Part shown: positions 18,067 to 28,834 of the stretch, one piece after another
Layout of the letters: every line of letters starts with the position of its first letter
How positions within the stretch are numbered: position 1 is the stretch's first letter
DNA from: an uncultured Prevotellaceae bacterium
GTDB taxonomy: Bacteria > Bacteroidota > Bacteroidia > Bacteroidales > Bacteroidaceae
Direction: 5' to 3'
Assembly: GCA_902779745.1 (NCBI GenBank)
Contig: CACZCT010000001.1
Coordinates: 75 to 64,074, forward strand
Length of the DNA: 64,000 nucleotides
Notes under the pieces: model-generated
What the model saw: the letters and a program-made list of their open reading frames with translations, nothing else
Database searches by the model: none
What the model was told of the DNA's origin: nothing
Position numbers and translations under genes: made by a program

Positions 18067-20595
18067 ATGAGAAAGAGTATATTTATCCTATTATTGGCCC
18101 TATGTGCAAGTGTTGCCCATGCGCAAAATGACACGAAGATGCACGATGTATATGCACAGGCGGAGAACGACTACAAGATAGGGCGTATCGAACAGGCTCG
18201 TGACATCCTGTTGCAGAACCTCAACGGTTTCCAGGGCAACCTGCGCCAGGAAGCACTCCGGCTCATTGCACTCAGCTACCTGGCACAATACGACATGAAG
18301 AAGACCGAGCAGTATACCACGATGTTACTGGAGCAGAACCCGTACTACAGTCCATCATCTGACGACCCTGCGACATTCGTTGACATCATGAACAACATCA
18401 AGGCAGGCATGACCGCCACCATCACTACCGCCTCCAGCCAGGCAGAGAGTCTCGCCGAGGTACCCGTGCCCACCACGCTGATCACCGCCGAGATGATACG
18501 CAACTGCGGAGGACGTAACCTACGTGAGGTTCTTGCAGCCTATGTACCAGGCATGAATCTCATCGACTGCAACGATGATATCAACATCGCCATGCGCGGT
18601 ATCTACAGCAACACACAGGAGAAAATTCTCATCATGCTCAACGGCCACCGTATGAACAGTTACATGACCAATGCCGCTGCTCCTGACTTCAGCATCTCCT
18701 TGGAGAAAATAAAACAGATAGAAGTGCTGCGTGGTCCGGCCTCATCTCTCTACGGTGGTGTGGCACTTACCGGCGTGGTCAACATTATCACCAAGCAGGG
18801 TGCCGACGTAGACGGCCTGCAAGCCCGTGTCGCCGCAGGCAACTATGAACAAATCAAGGCCGACGGTGTCTTCGGCAAGCGCTACTTCGACGTAGACATA
18901 CTCGTCTGGGGAAGCATCTATCGGAACAGCGGCGAGAAGCGTGGCGTTCCTGAAGAACGCCGGGCTGAGAGTCCCCTCCCCATGCCTGTCAACGACATTT
19001 ACATTGGGCGCATCGGCAGAAACCCATCCTATGATTTCGGTCTGCAACTCGGATGGAAAGGATTCCAACTGCTTTATGACACTCATTTCTCGCAGGTGGT
19101 GGCACCCTATACCGCTAGTACTTTAGGCATGTCCTACGACCACGACCGCTATTGTACCCATAACGGCATTGATCCCAGTTTCTCCACCTACTCACGCCAT
19201 GCAGAACTGAGTTACAGCCACTATGTCAACAATCTCAACCTCAAGTATGCCATCACCTACGACAAGTCCGACATGACACAGTATCAGGTCATCAGCGACG
19301 CTGCCATGCCGAATTTAGGACTCGCTTTAGGACTGCCGGCAACCGTTGACAGCATTTTCAAAAAATTTGGTGGCATATCAAGATACATCAACGCACAGGA
19401 ACAGGATTATGGCGTACAGGTGAAAGGCGGATACGGCTATACCTTCAATAACGGCCATAAAGGCGTTCTCTCCTTTGGAGCGGAATTCAACCACTTCCAA
19501 CTTATTGACATCCGCTACCAGATAGGCTACGACTTCGAACAGACCTTTAACGAAAATCCCGTGATGCGTAAAGTCGGCAAGGGCAAGGAGAATAGTGCCG
19601 ATGTCTATCTGCAACTGAAACACCAGTGGCAGTCGATCATCTTCAATGCCGGTCTGCGCTACGACTACAAGCGACGCGATGATGATACAGAGGTCAATGA
19701 GATATCTCCCCGTGTAGCCCTCATCTTGCTGCGCCCCAAATGGAACGTGAAACTCAGTTACAGTAAATCCTTTGTCGATGCCCCCTATTTTTACCGGAAG
19801 GCGAATGTGATGGTGAAAGCACTGCAGGGAACACTGGATGGAACAACGAACGACCTTGAAGAGAAAGTGATGCCCGAACGCGTCCACTCCTTCCAGCTCT
19901 CCTTCGCCAGTAACGACTGGGTAAAAGGTCTCAACTTTGAGTTAAACGGCTTCTACAACCGCGCCGAAGACCTCATCATGACACATATCATGGATTACAA
20001 GAACGCCAGTGAGAACCAGACAGCAGGCGTTGAGTTCTCTGCAAGCTACCATCTGCCTCGTCTCACTGCCGACTTCAACCTCACATGGACCCATACCTTC
20101 AAATCAAACCTGATGGGTGTAGAACTGGGGGAACTGCTAAGCCAATATATCAACACCGACATCAACACCAACAACAATACGCCCGCCATCATGTCGAACC
20201 TCGTAATCGGCTGGCAGGCCACAAAATATCTGAAGCTCCACACCCATATCCTTTTCGAGGGCAAACAGACCTCTTACAACACAGACCTCGTGCAACTCGT
20301 ACGCACCGCCGCCGATATAGCAGCCTATCAGAAATATGCCGCCGCTGGTATGGAAAAAGAAGCCATGGCTGCCTTGGAGGATGCCATCAGCCACGTCAGA
20401 CAACTCATCATGCACAAGGATATGCCTGCCCGTGCCATCGTCAACCTCGGCGGTGAGTATCAGTTAGGCCCCGTCACCCTCGGTCTTGATATCCATAACC
20501 TTCTGAATACCCGCTACGACCGCAGCGGCATGAACTCCAACCTCATCCCCCAACAGGGTCGCTGGTTTCTCGCCAGTGTCGGCATCAAACTCTAA
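18067..20595 (+). CDS. TonB-dependent receptor with N-terminal TPR-like module
   Basis: Plug motif IEVLRGPASSLYGGVALTGVVNIITK; NAGLRYD; helical N-terminal repeat; C-terminal strand SVGIKL. Confidence 0.9.
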   Translation: MRKSIFILLLALCASVAHAQNDTKMHDVYAQAENDYKIGRIEQARDILLQNLNGFQGNLRQEALRLIALSYLAQYDMKKTEQYTTMLLEQNPYYSPSSDDPATFVDIMNNIKAGMTATITTASSQAESLAEVPVPTTLITAEMIRNCGGRNLREVLAAYVPGMNLIDCNDDINIAMRGIYSNTQEKILIMLNGHRMNSYMTNAAAPDFSISLEKIKQIEVLRGPASSLYGGVALTGVVNIITKQGADVDGLQARVAAGNYEQIKADGVFGKRYFDVDILVWGSIYRNSGEKRGVPEERRAESPLPMPVNDIYIGRIGRNPSYDFGLQLGWKGFQLLYDTHFSQVVAPYTASTLGMSYDHDRYCTHNGIDPSFSTYSRHAELSYSHYVNNLNLKYAITYDKSDMTQYQVISDAAMPNLGLALGLPATVDSIFKKFGGISRYINAQEQDYGVQVKGGYGYTFNNGHKGVLSFGAEFNHFQLIDIRYQIGYDFEQTFNENPVMRKVGKGKENSADVYLQLKHQWQSIIFNAGLRYDYKRRDDDTEVNEISPRVALILLRPKWNVKLSYSKSFVDAPYFYRKANVMVKALQGTLDGTTNDLEEKVMPERVHSFQLSFASNDWVKGLNFELNGFYNRAEDLIMTHIMDYKNASENQTAGVEFSASYHLPRLTADFNLTWTHTFKSNLMGVELGELLSQYINTDINTNNNTPAIMSNLVIGWQATKYLKLHTHILFEGKQTSYNTDLVQLVRTAADIAAYQKYAAAGMEKEAMAALEDAISHVRQLIMHKDMPARAIVNLGGEYQLGPVTLGLDIHNLLNTRYDRSGMNSNLIPQQGRWFLASVGIKL

Positions 20596-20656
20596 TACAA
20601 GCAGATTATATTATTTCACAGGGAGACACTCCCTCTGTGAGATGACTCAACAAAAA

Positions 20657-20687
20657 CAGCCCGTATCCATCGACAGGATACGGGCTG
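20657..20687. terminator. Terminator between convergent TBDR and secDF
   Basis: cagcccgtatcc / ggatacgggctg stem. Confidence 0.75.
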
Positions 20688-20719
20688 ACTTTATATATAT
20701 ATATAATAAGGTATAATCC

Positions 20720-23700
20720 TTACTTGGTCTCTTCCACGTCGTTCTCGCGGATGGTCTTACCCATCACGAGGAAGGCTGTAGGAGCAGCGATGAAGATAGA
20801 CGACAGGGTACCGAAGATGACACCGAGAATCATAGCGAACGAGAAGCTGCGGATGCTGTCACCACCGAGGATGAAGATACACAGCAAGACAATCAACGTG
20901 GTCACAGAGGTGTTGATGGTACGAGCCAGCGTCTGGTTCAGAGAACCGTTGAACAGGCTCTGACGGTCGCGCTTTGCATACAGGTTGAAGTTCTCACGGA
21001 CACGGTCGAAAACCACCACCTTATCGTTGATAGAGTAACCGATCACCGTCAGGATAGCACCGATGAACGTCTGGTCGATTTCCAGTGACATCGGAACCCA
21101 GCCCCACAATACGGAGTAGAAGCCGATGACGATGAGGGCATCAAGTGCCAAGGCGATGATAGCACCTACGGAGTATGCGAAGTTGCGGAAACGTACGAGG
21201 ATGTAGATGAAGATGGCAACAAGGGCGATGATCACACTGATGATGGCACCGTAGGTGATATCCTTAGCCACTGAAGGACCAACCTTCGCAGAACTGATGA
21301 TGGAACCACCTTCGCGGACATCAGGATTCTTAAAGGCTTCCTCATTGGCCTGGTTCACCAGACCAGCCTTCTTCAAGGCATTGTAAAGGATGGTCTCTGC
21401 CTTGTCGTCCACCTGCGGGTTGTTAGACTCGATATCCCAGTTGGTAGAGATACGAACAGTCTTACCGTCGGTACCGAGGGCGATGACACTCGTGTTAGCC
21501 TCCTTGCCTGCATTCTCACCGATGGTATTGATGAAGGCACCGGCAAGCGTGGTACGAACCTGCTCAACGGGAACCTCCTTGTCGAGGGTCACGACATAGT
21601 TACGACCACCGGTGAAGTCGATGCTCTGGCTCAGGCCACGGACAGCGAAACTGATGATAAACAGGATGGCAGCAACGCCCCAGATGGTGAATGACTTCTT
21701 GTACATACCCATGAAGTTGAACTTCGTGTTCTGCATCATATTGCGAGAGTAAGCGGTAGAGAACGTCAGGTTCTGCCACTTGTCCTTCTTCATCTTGGCA
21801 TCGTAAATCAGACGGGTCATGAAGACGGCGGTGAAGAACGATACACAGATACCGATCATCAAGGTCGTTGCGAAACCGCGGATAGGACCTGTTCCGAAAA
21901 CATACAGGATGATACCGGTAATCAACGACGTGAAGTTAGAGTCGAAGATAGCGGAGAAGGCATTCGAATAACCGAGGTTCAGTGCTTCCTTCACGGTATG
22001 GCCCTTGCGGAGTTCCTCCTTGGTACGCTCATAGATGAGCACGTTGGCATCCACGGCGGTACCCAATGTCAGTACGATACCGGCGATACCAGGCATCGTC
22101 AGCGCCGCCTGGAACGAGGTCAAAATACCGAGGGTGAAGAACAGGTTGAAGAGCAGTGCCATGTTGGCAAGCATACCCGGGATGAAGCCGTACAGCATCA
22201 CCATGTAGATCATCAACAGCACGAAGGCGACGATGAATGAGATGACACCCTGCTTGATAGACTGTGCACCGAGTGAAGGACCGACGACCTCCTCTTGTAC
22301 GATACGGGTAGGAGCCGGCATCTTACCAGAGTTCAGCGTGTTGGCAAGGTCCTTGGTATCCTCGATAGTGAAGTTACCGGTGATAGAGGAGTTACCTCCG
22401 TCGATCTGGGTGAGGATACGGGGAGCACTGTATACAGCGTCGTCGAGTACGATGGCAACGCCACGACCGATATTCTGTTTCGTAATCTGACTCCAGCGGC
22501 GGGCACCGTCGGAGTTCATCTGCATGGATACAGAGGGATGACCCATCTGGTCGAACTCGTCCTTCGCATTGGTAATCACGTCACCCTCAAGCGGAGCACG
22601 TCCGTTAGGCTCGGTAATCTTCAGGGCATACAAAGCGAAGATGTCACCCTTGGTGTTCTCGCCGCCGAAGTCCTCAGCCTTGGCACCCCAGCGGAGCTTA
22701 CACTCAGCAGGGAGGATCTGACGGGCGATATCAGAATAGATGACCTTGTCGACATCAGCGGTATCACGGGCATTGGCATAACCCACGATGGCCAGACCCT
22801 GGGGCTGTGGCTGGAAGACGGCAAACAACGGGTTCTGCTTCAGAGCCTCAGCCTTTGCCTTGGCATCGACAACCTTGTCGTTCTTCTTGGCGAGCTTGGC
22901 AGCGAGGTCGCTGGCAGCAGCCTTCGTAGTATCGGCAGCAATCTCGTCAGCAGCAACAGAGTCGGACTTCACTTCCTCTGCCTCACCGCCGGTAGCGGCA
23001 TACTTCTGGTTCAACTGAACAAGCAGCGGATAGATCTCCTGAGAGTTATAGGTCTCCCAGAACTCCAGGTTTGCAGAACCCTGCAACAACTTACGGACAC
23101 GCTCAGGCTCTTTGATACCCGGCATCTCCACCATGATACGTCCGCTCTGACCTTCCAATTTCTGGATGTTAGGCTGGACGACACCAAACTTATCGATACG
23201 GTTGCGGACAACGTTGAAAGAGTTATCAACGGCAGACTGTACCTCCGCACGGAGGGCACGCTCCACCTCAGCGTCGGTGCTGTTGGTGCTGACCTTACCC
23301 TTCATCTGCTGAGTAGCAAAGACAGCGGCAAGGGGACGACCGTTGGAGTTCTGCTTCCAATACTTGATAAACAGGGAGATGAAGTCGCTCTGACTAGTCT
23401 CCTCTTCTTTCTTCGCCTCTTCCATCGACTTCCTGTAGGCTGCATCGGTCTTGTGGTCTGCCAGTACGTCGACAACGTCGGGTACGGATACCTCAAGAAT
23501 CACGTTCATACCACCTTTCAGGTCAAGTCCGAGACCGATTTCCATCTCGCGGCACTGCTTGAACGAATAGATTCCGCAGTACACCTTCTCGTTCATGATA
23601 GAGTCGAGGTACTCCTGACCAGCCTCTTCAGTCATGGCTGCTGCCTTGTTCTCATGGTAGCGAGTCACGAACGAGAAGGAAAGGTAGAAGCAGCAGACCA

Positions 23701-23746
23701 GAATCAGGACTACTGCAATAAACTTTACAATTCCTTTGTTTTGCAT
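20720..23746 (-). CDS. secDF: Protein translocase subunit SecDF
   Basis: LGLDLKGG, VGPSLG, AVDANVLIYER, IDFTGG, GYSINDKVVVFDRVRE motifs. Confidence 0.97.
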   Translation of the reverse strand: MQNKGIVKFIAVVLILVCCFYLSFSFVTRYHENKAAAMTEEAGQEYLDSIMNEKVYCGIYSFKQCREMEIGLGLDLKGGMNVILEVSVPDVVDVLADHKTDAAYRKSMEEAKKEEETSQSDFISLFIKYWKQNSNGRPLAAVFATQQMKGKVSTNSTDAEVERALRAEVQSAVDNSFNVVRNRIDKFGVVQPNIQKLEGQSGRIMVEMPGIKEPERVRKLLQGSANLEFWETYNSQEIYPLLVQLNQKYAATGGEAEEVKSDSVAADEIAADTTKAAASDLAAKLAKKNDKVVDAKAKAEALKQNPLFAVFQPQPQGLAIVGYANARDTADVDKVIYSDIARQILPAECKLRWGAKAEDFGGENTKGDIFALYALKITEPNGRAPLEGDVITNAKDEFDQMGHPSVSMQMNSDGARRWSQITKQNIGRGVAIVLDDAVYSAPRILTQIDGGNSSITGNFTIEDTKDLANTLNSGKMPAPTRIVQEEVVGPSLGAQSIKQGVISFIVAFVLLMIYMVMLYGFIPGMLANMALLFNLFFTLGILTSFQAALTMPGIAGIVLTLGTAVDANVLIYERTKEELRKGHTVKEALNLGYSNAFSAIFDSNFTSLITGIILYVFGTGPIRGFATTLMIGICVSFFTAVFMTRLIYDAKMKKDKWQNLTFSTAYSRNMMQNTKFNFMGMYKKSFTIWGVAAILFIISFAVRGLSQSIDFTGGRNYVVTLDKEVPVEQVRTTLAGAFINTIGENAGKEANTSVIALGTDGKTVRISTNWDIESNNPQVDDKAETILYNALKKAGLVNQANEEAFKNPDVREGGSIISSAKVGPSVAKDITYGAIISVIIALVAIFIYILVRFRNFAYSVGAIIALALDALIVIGFYSVLWGWVPMSLEIDQTFIGAILTVIGYSINDKVVVFDRVRENFNLYAKRDRQSLFNGSLNQTLARTINTSVTTLIVLLCIFILGGDSIRSFSFAMILGVIFGTLSSIFIAAPTAFLVMGKTIRENDVEETK

Positions 23747-23850
23747 TTTGTTTGTTATGTTATTTTAATTGATGTTTCCGCAATTTTAGCCTGCAAATAT
23801 ACTTATTTTTCTCCACTTAGCGAAATTTATTGAGGATTTTCGTGCTTTTT

Positions 23851-24945
23851 TCAGTGATTTCCACCTATTTTTAACCAACAAACGACAGGATAATGGTCAC
23901 TGGCATCCATTTTTTCGTCTACTTTACAGTTGTATGGTTGGATATCGTCAGAGCAGAAAATATGGTCGATACGGAAGTAAAATCCTTTCTGATAATATGA
24001 CAAACCGAGTCCTTTCCCGCTCTCTACGAAACAGTCGCGTAACAACCGTGAAATACGGTAATGGGAGTAAGAAATCGGATTGTCGTTGAAATCGCCGCAG
24101 AAGATGATGGGATATTGTGAGTGTTCCTCCACATAACGAGCTACAGCCTCCACTTGCCGGGCACGTAGAGAGGACGACTCCGCCAGTGTGACCAGCAGTT
24201 TCTTCGACTCCTTACGTGCCGTGTCGCCTTTCATGTCACCTTTGATAATCTCCTGATAGGTCTCACGGTCCTCAATGGAGAGATGGGTGATCTCGAAATG
24301 GTTGTTGATAACCAGGAGCGTGTCCTTGCCCACCTGCAAGTACCATGCCGCACTGCCGTTACCTTCTGAAGGATACGGGATCCGTTCTCTCCGCAGGATG
24401 GGGAAACGGGTATGGATACCAACCCCGTTGGAGACGGCTTTTCCTCCGAATTGAATGGTGTCGTTATAGGCGAACTTCTTCTCGTAATACTTGAAGCAAT
24501 AGCGTCGCCAGGTGTCTACGTCCTCTTGCAGGCAAACGATATCGGGATTCTCCTCAAACAGGTATTCACAGACCTTCTCGAAGCCTTGCTCATATTTATA
24601 GTTACCACCGTAACAGCAGACATTATAGCTGATGAATTTGACGGCATCCTCCGGGACTTCCGATGACTGCATGTTGAGGGGCATATATATACTGATAGGT
24701 ACGTATGCGAGAAAATAGCCTAAGACAGGTATCCAGATCATACGGAACTTGAAGATGATCCAGAAGCACAGGAAAGCGAGGTTGACCAACAGGAAAAAGG
24801 GAAAGGTCATGCCGGCACACGACAGGACAGGATGGTCCACCGGATTCAGGCGGTCTGAATAACCAGTCAGACACATCACGATGACGGTGACGATATTCGC
24901 CCCAGCCATCATCTGGACGGTGAATTTCTTCAGTTGCTTAATCAA
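23851..24945 (-). CDS. Endonuclease/exonuclease/phosphatase family membrane protein
   Basis: SYNV, DIVCLQE, GDFND, RIDHIF, SDHYPV; N-terminal TMs. Confidence 0.9.
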   Translation of the reverse strand: MIKQLKKFTVQMMAGANIVTVIVMCLTGYSDRLNPVDHPVLSCAGMTFPFFLLVNLAFLCFWIIFKFRMIWIPVLGYFLAYVPISIYMPLNMQSSEVPEDAVKFISYNVCCYGGNYKYEQGFEKVCEYLFEENPDIVCLQEDVDTWRRYCFKYYEKKFAYNDTIQFGGKAVSNGVGIHTRFPILRRERIPYPSEGNGSAAWYLQVGKDTLLVINNHFEITHLSIEDRETYQEIIKGDMKGDTARKESKKLLVTLAESSSLRARQVEAVARYVEEHSQYPIIFCGDFNDNPISYSHYRISRLLRDCFVESGKGLGLSYYQKGFYFRIDHIFCSDDIQPYNCKVDEKMDASDHYPVVCWLKIGGNH

Positions 24946-25862
24946 TTTTCCCGACTTTGGTCAAACAACTTCTTTTTCTCCTCCTTCGTCAGGCTGTCAT
25001 AACCGCTCTTGCGTATCTTGTCGAGGATAGCATCGATCTCCTCCTGGTTCTTACGCTTGGGCTTCGGAGGCTCTTCCCTGTAACGGGGCTCCTCGTCGGG
25101 CTCATCCACCCAACGACGACCGTTCTGCTTCCGTTCGTCGAAGCGGCGCTTCATGTTATCGAAAAACTCCTGTCCGCGATTACGTCCGAAACGGTTACTG
25201 GACTCCGGATGTTTCCGCCAGTAGCGGATCATGATGAAACCGAAGAGCATACCGCCTAAGTGTGCCGTATGGGCGACACCGTCGCCAGGACCGCTGAGGG
25301 CAGAGAACAGTTCGATGGCGATATATCCGACGACCAGCCATTTCGCCTTGATAGGGAAAGGGAAGGGAATGATGAACAACCGCTCGTTGGGGAAAATCAT
25401 GCCGAAGGCAAGTAGGATGGCATAGACGGCACCAGAGGCACCGATGGTCGTCCAGAGGTTCAGGTAGTCAGCAGTCAACATGATAGTACCGGCTATATTC
25501 ACCCTATCAAAGGTATCCAGTCCCATCATCATATAGTTGACATATTGGGCTATCTCCTGTACGAATCCTGCTCCGATACCGCATGAAATGTAATAAAAAA
25601 GGAATTTCTTCGGTCCCCATACCCGTTCCACCACTGCTCCGAACATCCAAAGCGCAAACATGTTGAAGAAGATATGCGTGAAACCGCCATGCAGGAACAT
25701 GTAGGTCACAAACTGGTAGAGATGGAAGTCTTTTGCCATGAAAAAATGTAGCCCCAGCATCGAGGTCAGGTCAATGCCGCGCAGTTCCAGAACCCATGTT
25801 GCCACAAACGCCAGGAAATTGACGATGAGCAGGTTCTTGGTCATTGTTGGTATGCTATTCAT
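24942..25862 (-). CDS. Rhomboid intramembrane serine protease with C-terminal DUF6576-like domain
   Basis: HIFFNM, GASGA, AHLGG; IDAILDKIRKSGYDSLT tail. Confidence 0.93.
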   Translation of the reverse strand: MNSIPTMTKNLLIVNFLAFVATWVLELRGIDLTSMLGLHFFMAKDFHLYQFVTYMFLHGGFTHIFFNMFALWMFGAVVERVWGPKKFLFYYISCGIGAGFVQEIAQYVNYMMMGLDTFDRVNIAGTIMLTADYLNLWTTIGASGAVYAILLAFGMIFPNERLFIIPFPFPIKAKWLVVGYIAIELFSALSGPGDGVAHTAHLGGMLFGFIMIRYWRKHPESSNRFGRNRGQEFFDNMKRRFDERKQNGRRWVDEPDEEPRYREEPPKPKRKNQEEIDAILDKIRKSGYDSLTKEEKKKLFDQSREN

Positions 25863-26119
25863 CTACTTACTTTATAATTTGACGATTTACCATTTACACT
25901 TTATCGCTAACGACAACGTTATAGTCGTTTACGGCACAAAATTACGAAAAATATCTGTTTTAAGGTACAAAAAAGGGGTGATATGCACTTTTTTTCTAGA
26001 AAAACCGCATTTTTTTCGTAAAATTGTTTGTTTTATAAATACTTTCTCCTATATTTGCAGTGATTTCAAGTAAAAACCGACTTTATACTATTAATAATTT
26101 ATTTTTAAAACAAACAATT

Positions 26120-26395
26120 ATGAACAAGACAGAATTAATCGAGAAGATTGCAGCCTCTGCAAAACTGACGAAGGCTGATTCAAAGAAGGCACTTGATGCT
26201 ACTATCGAGGCTATCACCGCTGCCCTGAAGAAGGGTGACAAGGTTCAGCTCGTTGGTTTCGGAACTTTCGCAGTAACCAAGAAGCCTGCTCGTGAGGGCA
26301 TCAACCCTGCTACTAAGCAGAAGATTAAGATTGCTGCCAAGAAGGTTGCCAAGTTCAAGGCTGGTGCAGAGCTTGCTAAAATCGTCAACAAGTAA
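26120..26395 (+). CDS. hup: DNA-binding protein HU
   Basis: MNKTELI...GFGTF...REGINPAT; TATATTTG promoter element at 26050. Confidence 0.97.
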   Translation: MNKTELIEKIAASAKLTKADSKKALDATIEAITAALKKGDKVQLVGFGTFAVTKKPAREGINPATKQKIKIAAKKVAKFKAGAELAKIVNK

Positions 26396-26413
26396 TTTTT
26401 GTCAAGAAAATTG

Positions 26414-26440
26414 AAAGAGGCTTCCTGTGGAAGCCTCTTT
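26414..26440 (+). terminator. HU terminator
   Basis: aaagaggcttcc-tgt-ggaagcctcttt followed by Ts. Confidence 0.8.
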
Positions 26441-26458
26441 TTGTCAACTATTACCAAT

Positions 26459-27079
26459 ATGCCTAGAAAAGTAGACGGAATGCCTTTTGAGATCCATCCC
26501 TCTCCCATGAAGGGGAAGGACGGAAAGAATATCTTGTATGTACGTCCCCGAAGTGGACAGAAAATTTCCATGGAGGGACTGGATGACTATTGTGCCCAGC
26601 ATTATGGACTGCGACCAGGTGAACTGACCAGGGCTTTCCATGCCTTCGTCAATGCCACCGGCTATTATCTGTCGGAGGGTTATCGGCTGGAAACGCTCAT
26701 TGGGTCCTTTGCTCCCAAGATTGCCTTACGGCGTGAGGTGACGGATCCCGACGACATCAAGACCTATGATGTTCGCTTTGAGGGTATCGAATACCGTTCG
26801 GCAAAGACTTTTGAGGAGAGTGTTCGTAAGTGGCTGAGGGGTTTCCGCCGTGCCAATAACCCCAACACGCAGGAACTGCTGGCTGACAAGAAACACATCG
26901 ACCGCGCCCTACAGGAGTGTATCAAGAACAGGGGCTATGCCACGGCGCGCCACTTTGCCCGTTGTGCCAACATCACCTACTATTCTGCCCGCAAACGACT
27001 TGACGAATGGTGCCAGGGCGACACCCCACGCCTTCTGAAGTCAAGACAAGGACAGGAATTCATTTATACGGAAACCTAG
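26459..27079 (+). CDS. Bacteroidota HU-like DNA-binding protein with C-terminal winged-HTH
   Basis: LSEGYRLETLIGSF HU-like arm; TARHFARCANITYYSARKRL HTH. Confidence 0.7.
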   Translation: MPRKVDGMPFEIHPSPMKGKDGKNILYVRPRSGQKISMEGLDDYCAQHYGLRPGELTRAFHAFVNATGYYLSEGYRLETLIGSFAPKIALRREVTDPDDIKTYDVRFEGIEYRSAKTFEESVRKWLRGFRRANNPNTQELLADKKHIDRALQECIKNRGYATARHFARCANITYYSARKRLDEWCQGDTPRLLKSRQGQEFIYTET

Positions 27080-27115
27080 TTCCCCAATAGGAAATCGTTT
27101 ATTTTAAATAAGGTA

Positions 27116-28834
27116 ATGATGAATCGTTTTTTCTTTGGCATCTGCGTGATGCTCATGGCGCTGACGAGTAGCGCACAGTTTAAGAACCCGATGTTATTCG
27201 CCGACGTGCCTGACCACGACATCATCCGTGTGGGCGACACGTACTACATGGTATCGACCACCATGCACTTCGCGCCAGGCTGTGGTATCATGAAGTCGAA
27301 GGACCTGGTAAACTGGGAAATCGTGAACTATGCCTACGACGCACTCGACGAGGGCGACAATTTCCGCCTGCTGAACGGCAAGAGCGAGTACTCGCAGGGA
27401 CAGTGGGCTACAAACCTGCGTTACGACCCGTACGAGAAGCTCTACTACATGATTATGACCTGCAATACCACAGGGAAGACCTACTTTTACGTGACAGACG
27501 ATATCGAAAACGGCTGTTGGCACTGCTCAGTGACGGATAAATGCTACGACCCGGGGCTGTTATTTGAGGATACTGGCAAGGAGGTAAAGAAGTATGTGTT
27601 GCACCCTGCCGACACTTTCGACGACCATGCCATGTACCTGCGTGAGATGAAGGTTGATAAGGACTGGAACGTGACAGTCTCGGAGCGTCGCAAGGTCATT
27701 GACTACGCCAACCTGGAGAACCCCGCACGCGGCCTGCGTGCCGAGGGCTATCACGGCTACAAGATTGGCGATTACTATTATATCTTTATGATTCAGGGAA
27801 TGGACGGCCAGCGTCAGGAGATTGTCTGGCGTTCCCGCGACCTGTTCAATGGCAAATGGGAAGGACGGCTGGTGTTCGGCGGTGAGATGGTAGATGCTGA
27901 CGGCAAGGTAGTGATGCGTACCAACGGCATCGGACAGGGCGGCATCGTCAAAGCCAAGGATGGCAAGTGGTGGTGTTTCCTGTTCAAGGACTACGGCAGT
28001 GTTGGTCGCATGCCCATATGGCTGCCCATGACGTGGAGCGAGGACGGATGGCCCATCGTTGGCACGGAAAAGACATCCGACGAACTGCTGCCAGGAAAGA
28101 ACATGACCACACCGTTTATCGTCGACCTGCCCACACAGAAGGGTATCGGCATCGTGCAGAGCGACGAGTTTGATTCGTGGAAACCTGCAAAGAGCAAGAG
28201 TCGTTTCGGCTGGCGCTGGGCTAACAGTATTTTGGGCAACAAAAAGCAGGGATGGCTGAAACCCGTATGGCAGTGGAACCACGTACCCGACATGCAGGGA
28301 TGGAGCCTCACCGAGCGTAAGGGCTGGTTGCGTCTGAAGACCACTGCCGTGGTGAAGCACATCCGCGAGGCTCGCAATACATTGACCCAGCGCGTCTATG
28401 GTCCCACCTGTCAGGGTGAGGTGCTCTTGGACTTCTCGCAACTGAAAGAAGGGGACGTGGCAGGTCTTTCCTGCTTCCAGAACCGCTACGGTTTCGTGGG
28501 TGTGAAGAAGGAAAACGGGCAATTCTATGTCGTCATGACAAAAGCGATGGACAAGGGAGACGCTATTGGTAAAGAGATAGAGAGATGGAAGATGTCTGAT
28601 GGAAGAAGTAAGATATGGCTTCGCTTCGAGGCCGACTTCCGCGACCTCACCGACAAGGCCACCTTCAGCTACAGCCTTGACGGCAAAGAGTGGAAGAACA
28701 TCGGCGACACCCTTCAGATGCACTACGACTGGCCCGACTTCTGCGGCTACCGCTTTGCCCTCTTCCATTTCGCTACCAAGGAAACCGGTGGCACCGCCGA
28801 CTTCGACTACTTCCACGTCGGCATAGCAAAATAA
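27116..28834 (+). CDS. GH43 beta-xylosidase/arabinofuranosidase with C-terminal beta-sandwich
   Basis: KNPMLFADVPDHDIIRVGDTYY, YDPGL, AEG, WQWNH. Confidence 0.9.
   Translation: MMNRFFFGICVMLMALTSSAQFKNPMLFADVPDHDIIRVGDTYYMVSTTMHFAPGCGIMKSKDLVNWEIVNYAYDALDEGDNFRLLNGKSEYSQGQWATNLRYDPYEKLYYMIMTCNTTGKTYFYVTDDIENGCWHCSVTDKCYDPGLLFEDTGKEVKKYVLHPADTFDDHAMYLREMKVDKDWNVTVSERRKVIDYANLENPARGLRAEGYHGYKIGDYYYIFMIQGMDGQRQEIVWRSRDLFNGKWEGRLVFGGEMVDADGKVVMRTNGIGQGGIVKAKDGKWWCFLFKDYGSVGRMPIWLPMTWSEDGWPIVGTEKTSDELLPGKNMTTPFIVDLPTQKGIGIVQSDEFDSWKPAKSKSRFGWRWANSILGNKKQGWLKPVWQWNHVPDMQGWSLTERKGWLRLKTTAVVKHIREARNTLTQRVYGPTCQGEVLLDFSQLKEGDVAGLSCFQNRYGFVGVKKENGQFYVVMTKAMDKGDAIGKEIERWKMSDGRSKIWLRFEADFRDLTDKATFSYSLDGKEWKNIGDTLQMHYDWPDFCGYRFALFHFATKETGGTADFDYFHVGIAK

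Noticed and set aside
20693-20706. (TA)n run as a phase-variation switch
   Set aside because: Lies between convergent gene ends, not in a promoter or CDS
22295-23833. 512-aa plus-strand ORF
   Set aside because: Antisense shadow of codon-biased secDF; no motifs
24942-25862. Rhomboid as a dedicated partner of the island receptors
   Set aside because: Sits in the ordinary HU-rhomboid-EEP-secDF housekeeping context
26060-26119. Extended N-termini from the ORF track (HU 26060, MaoC 13191, CE15 37304, AraC 52834, HU-like 26399)
   Set aside because: They overlap promoter, terminator or upstream-gene sequence; downstream ATGs fit better
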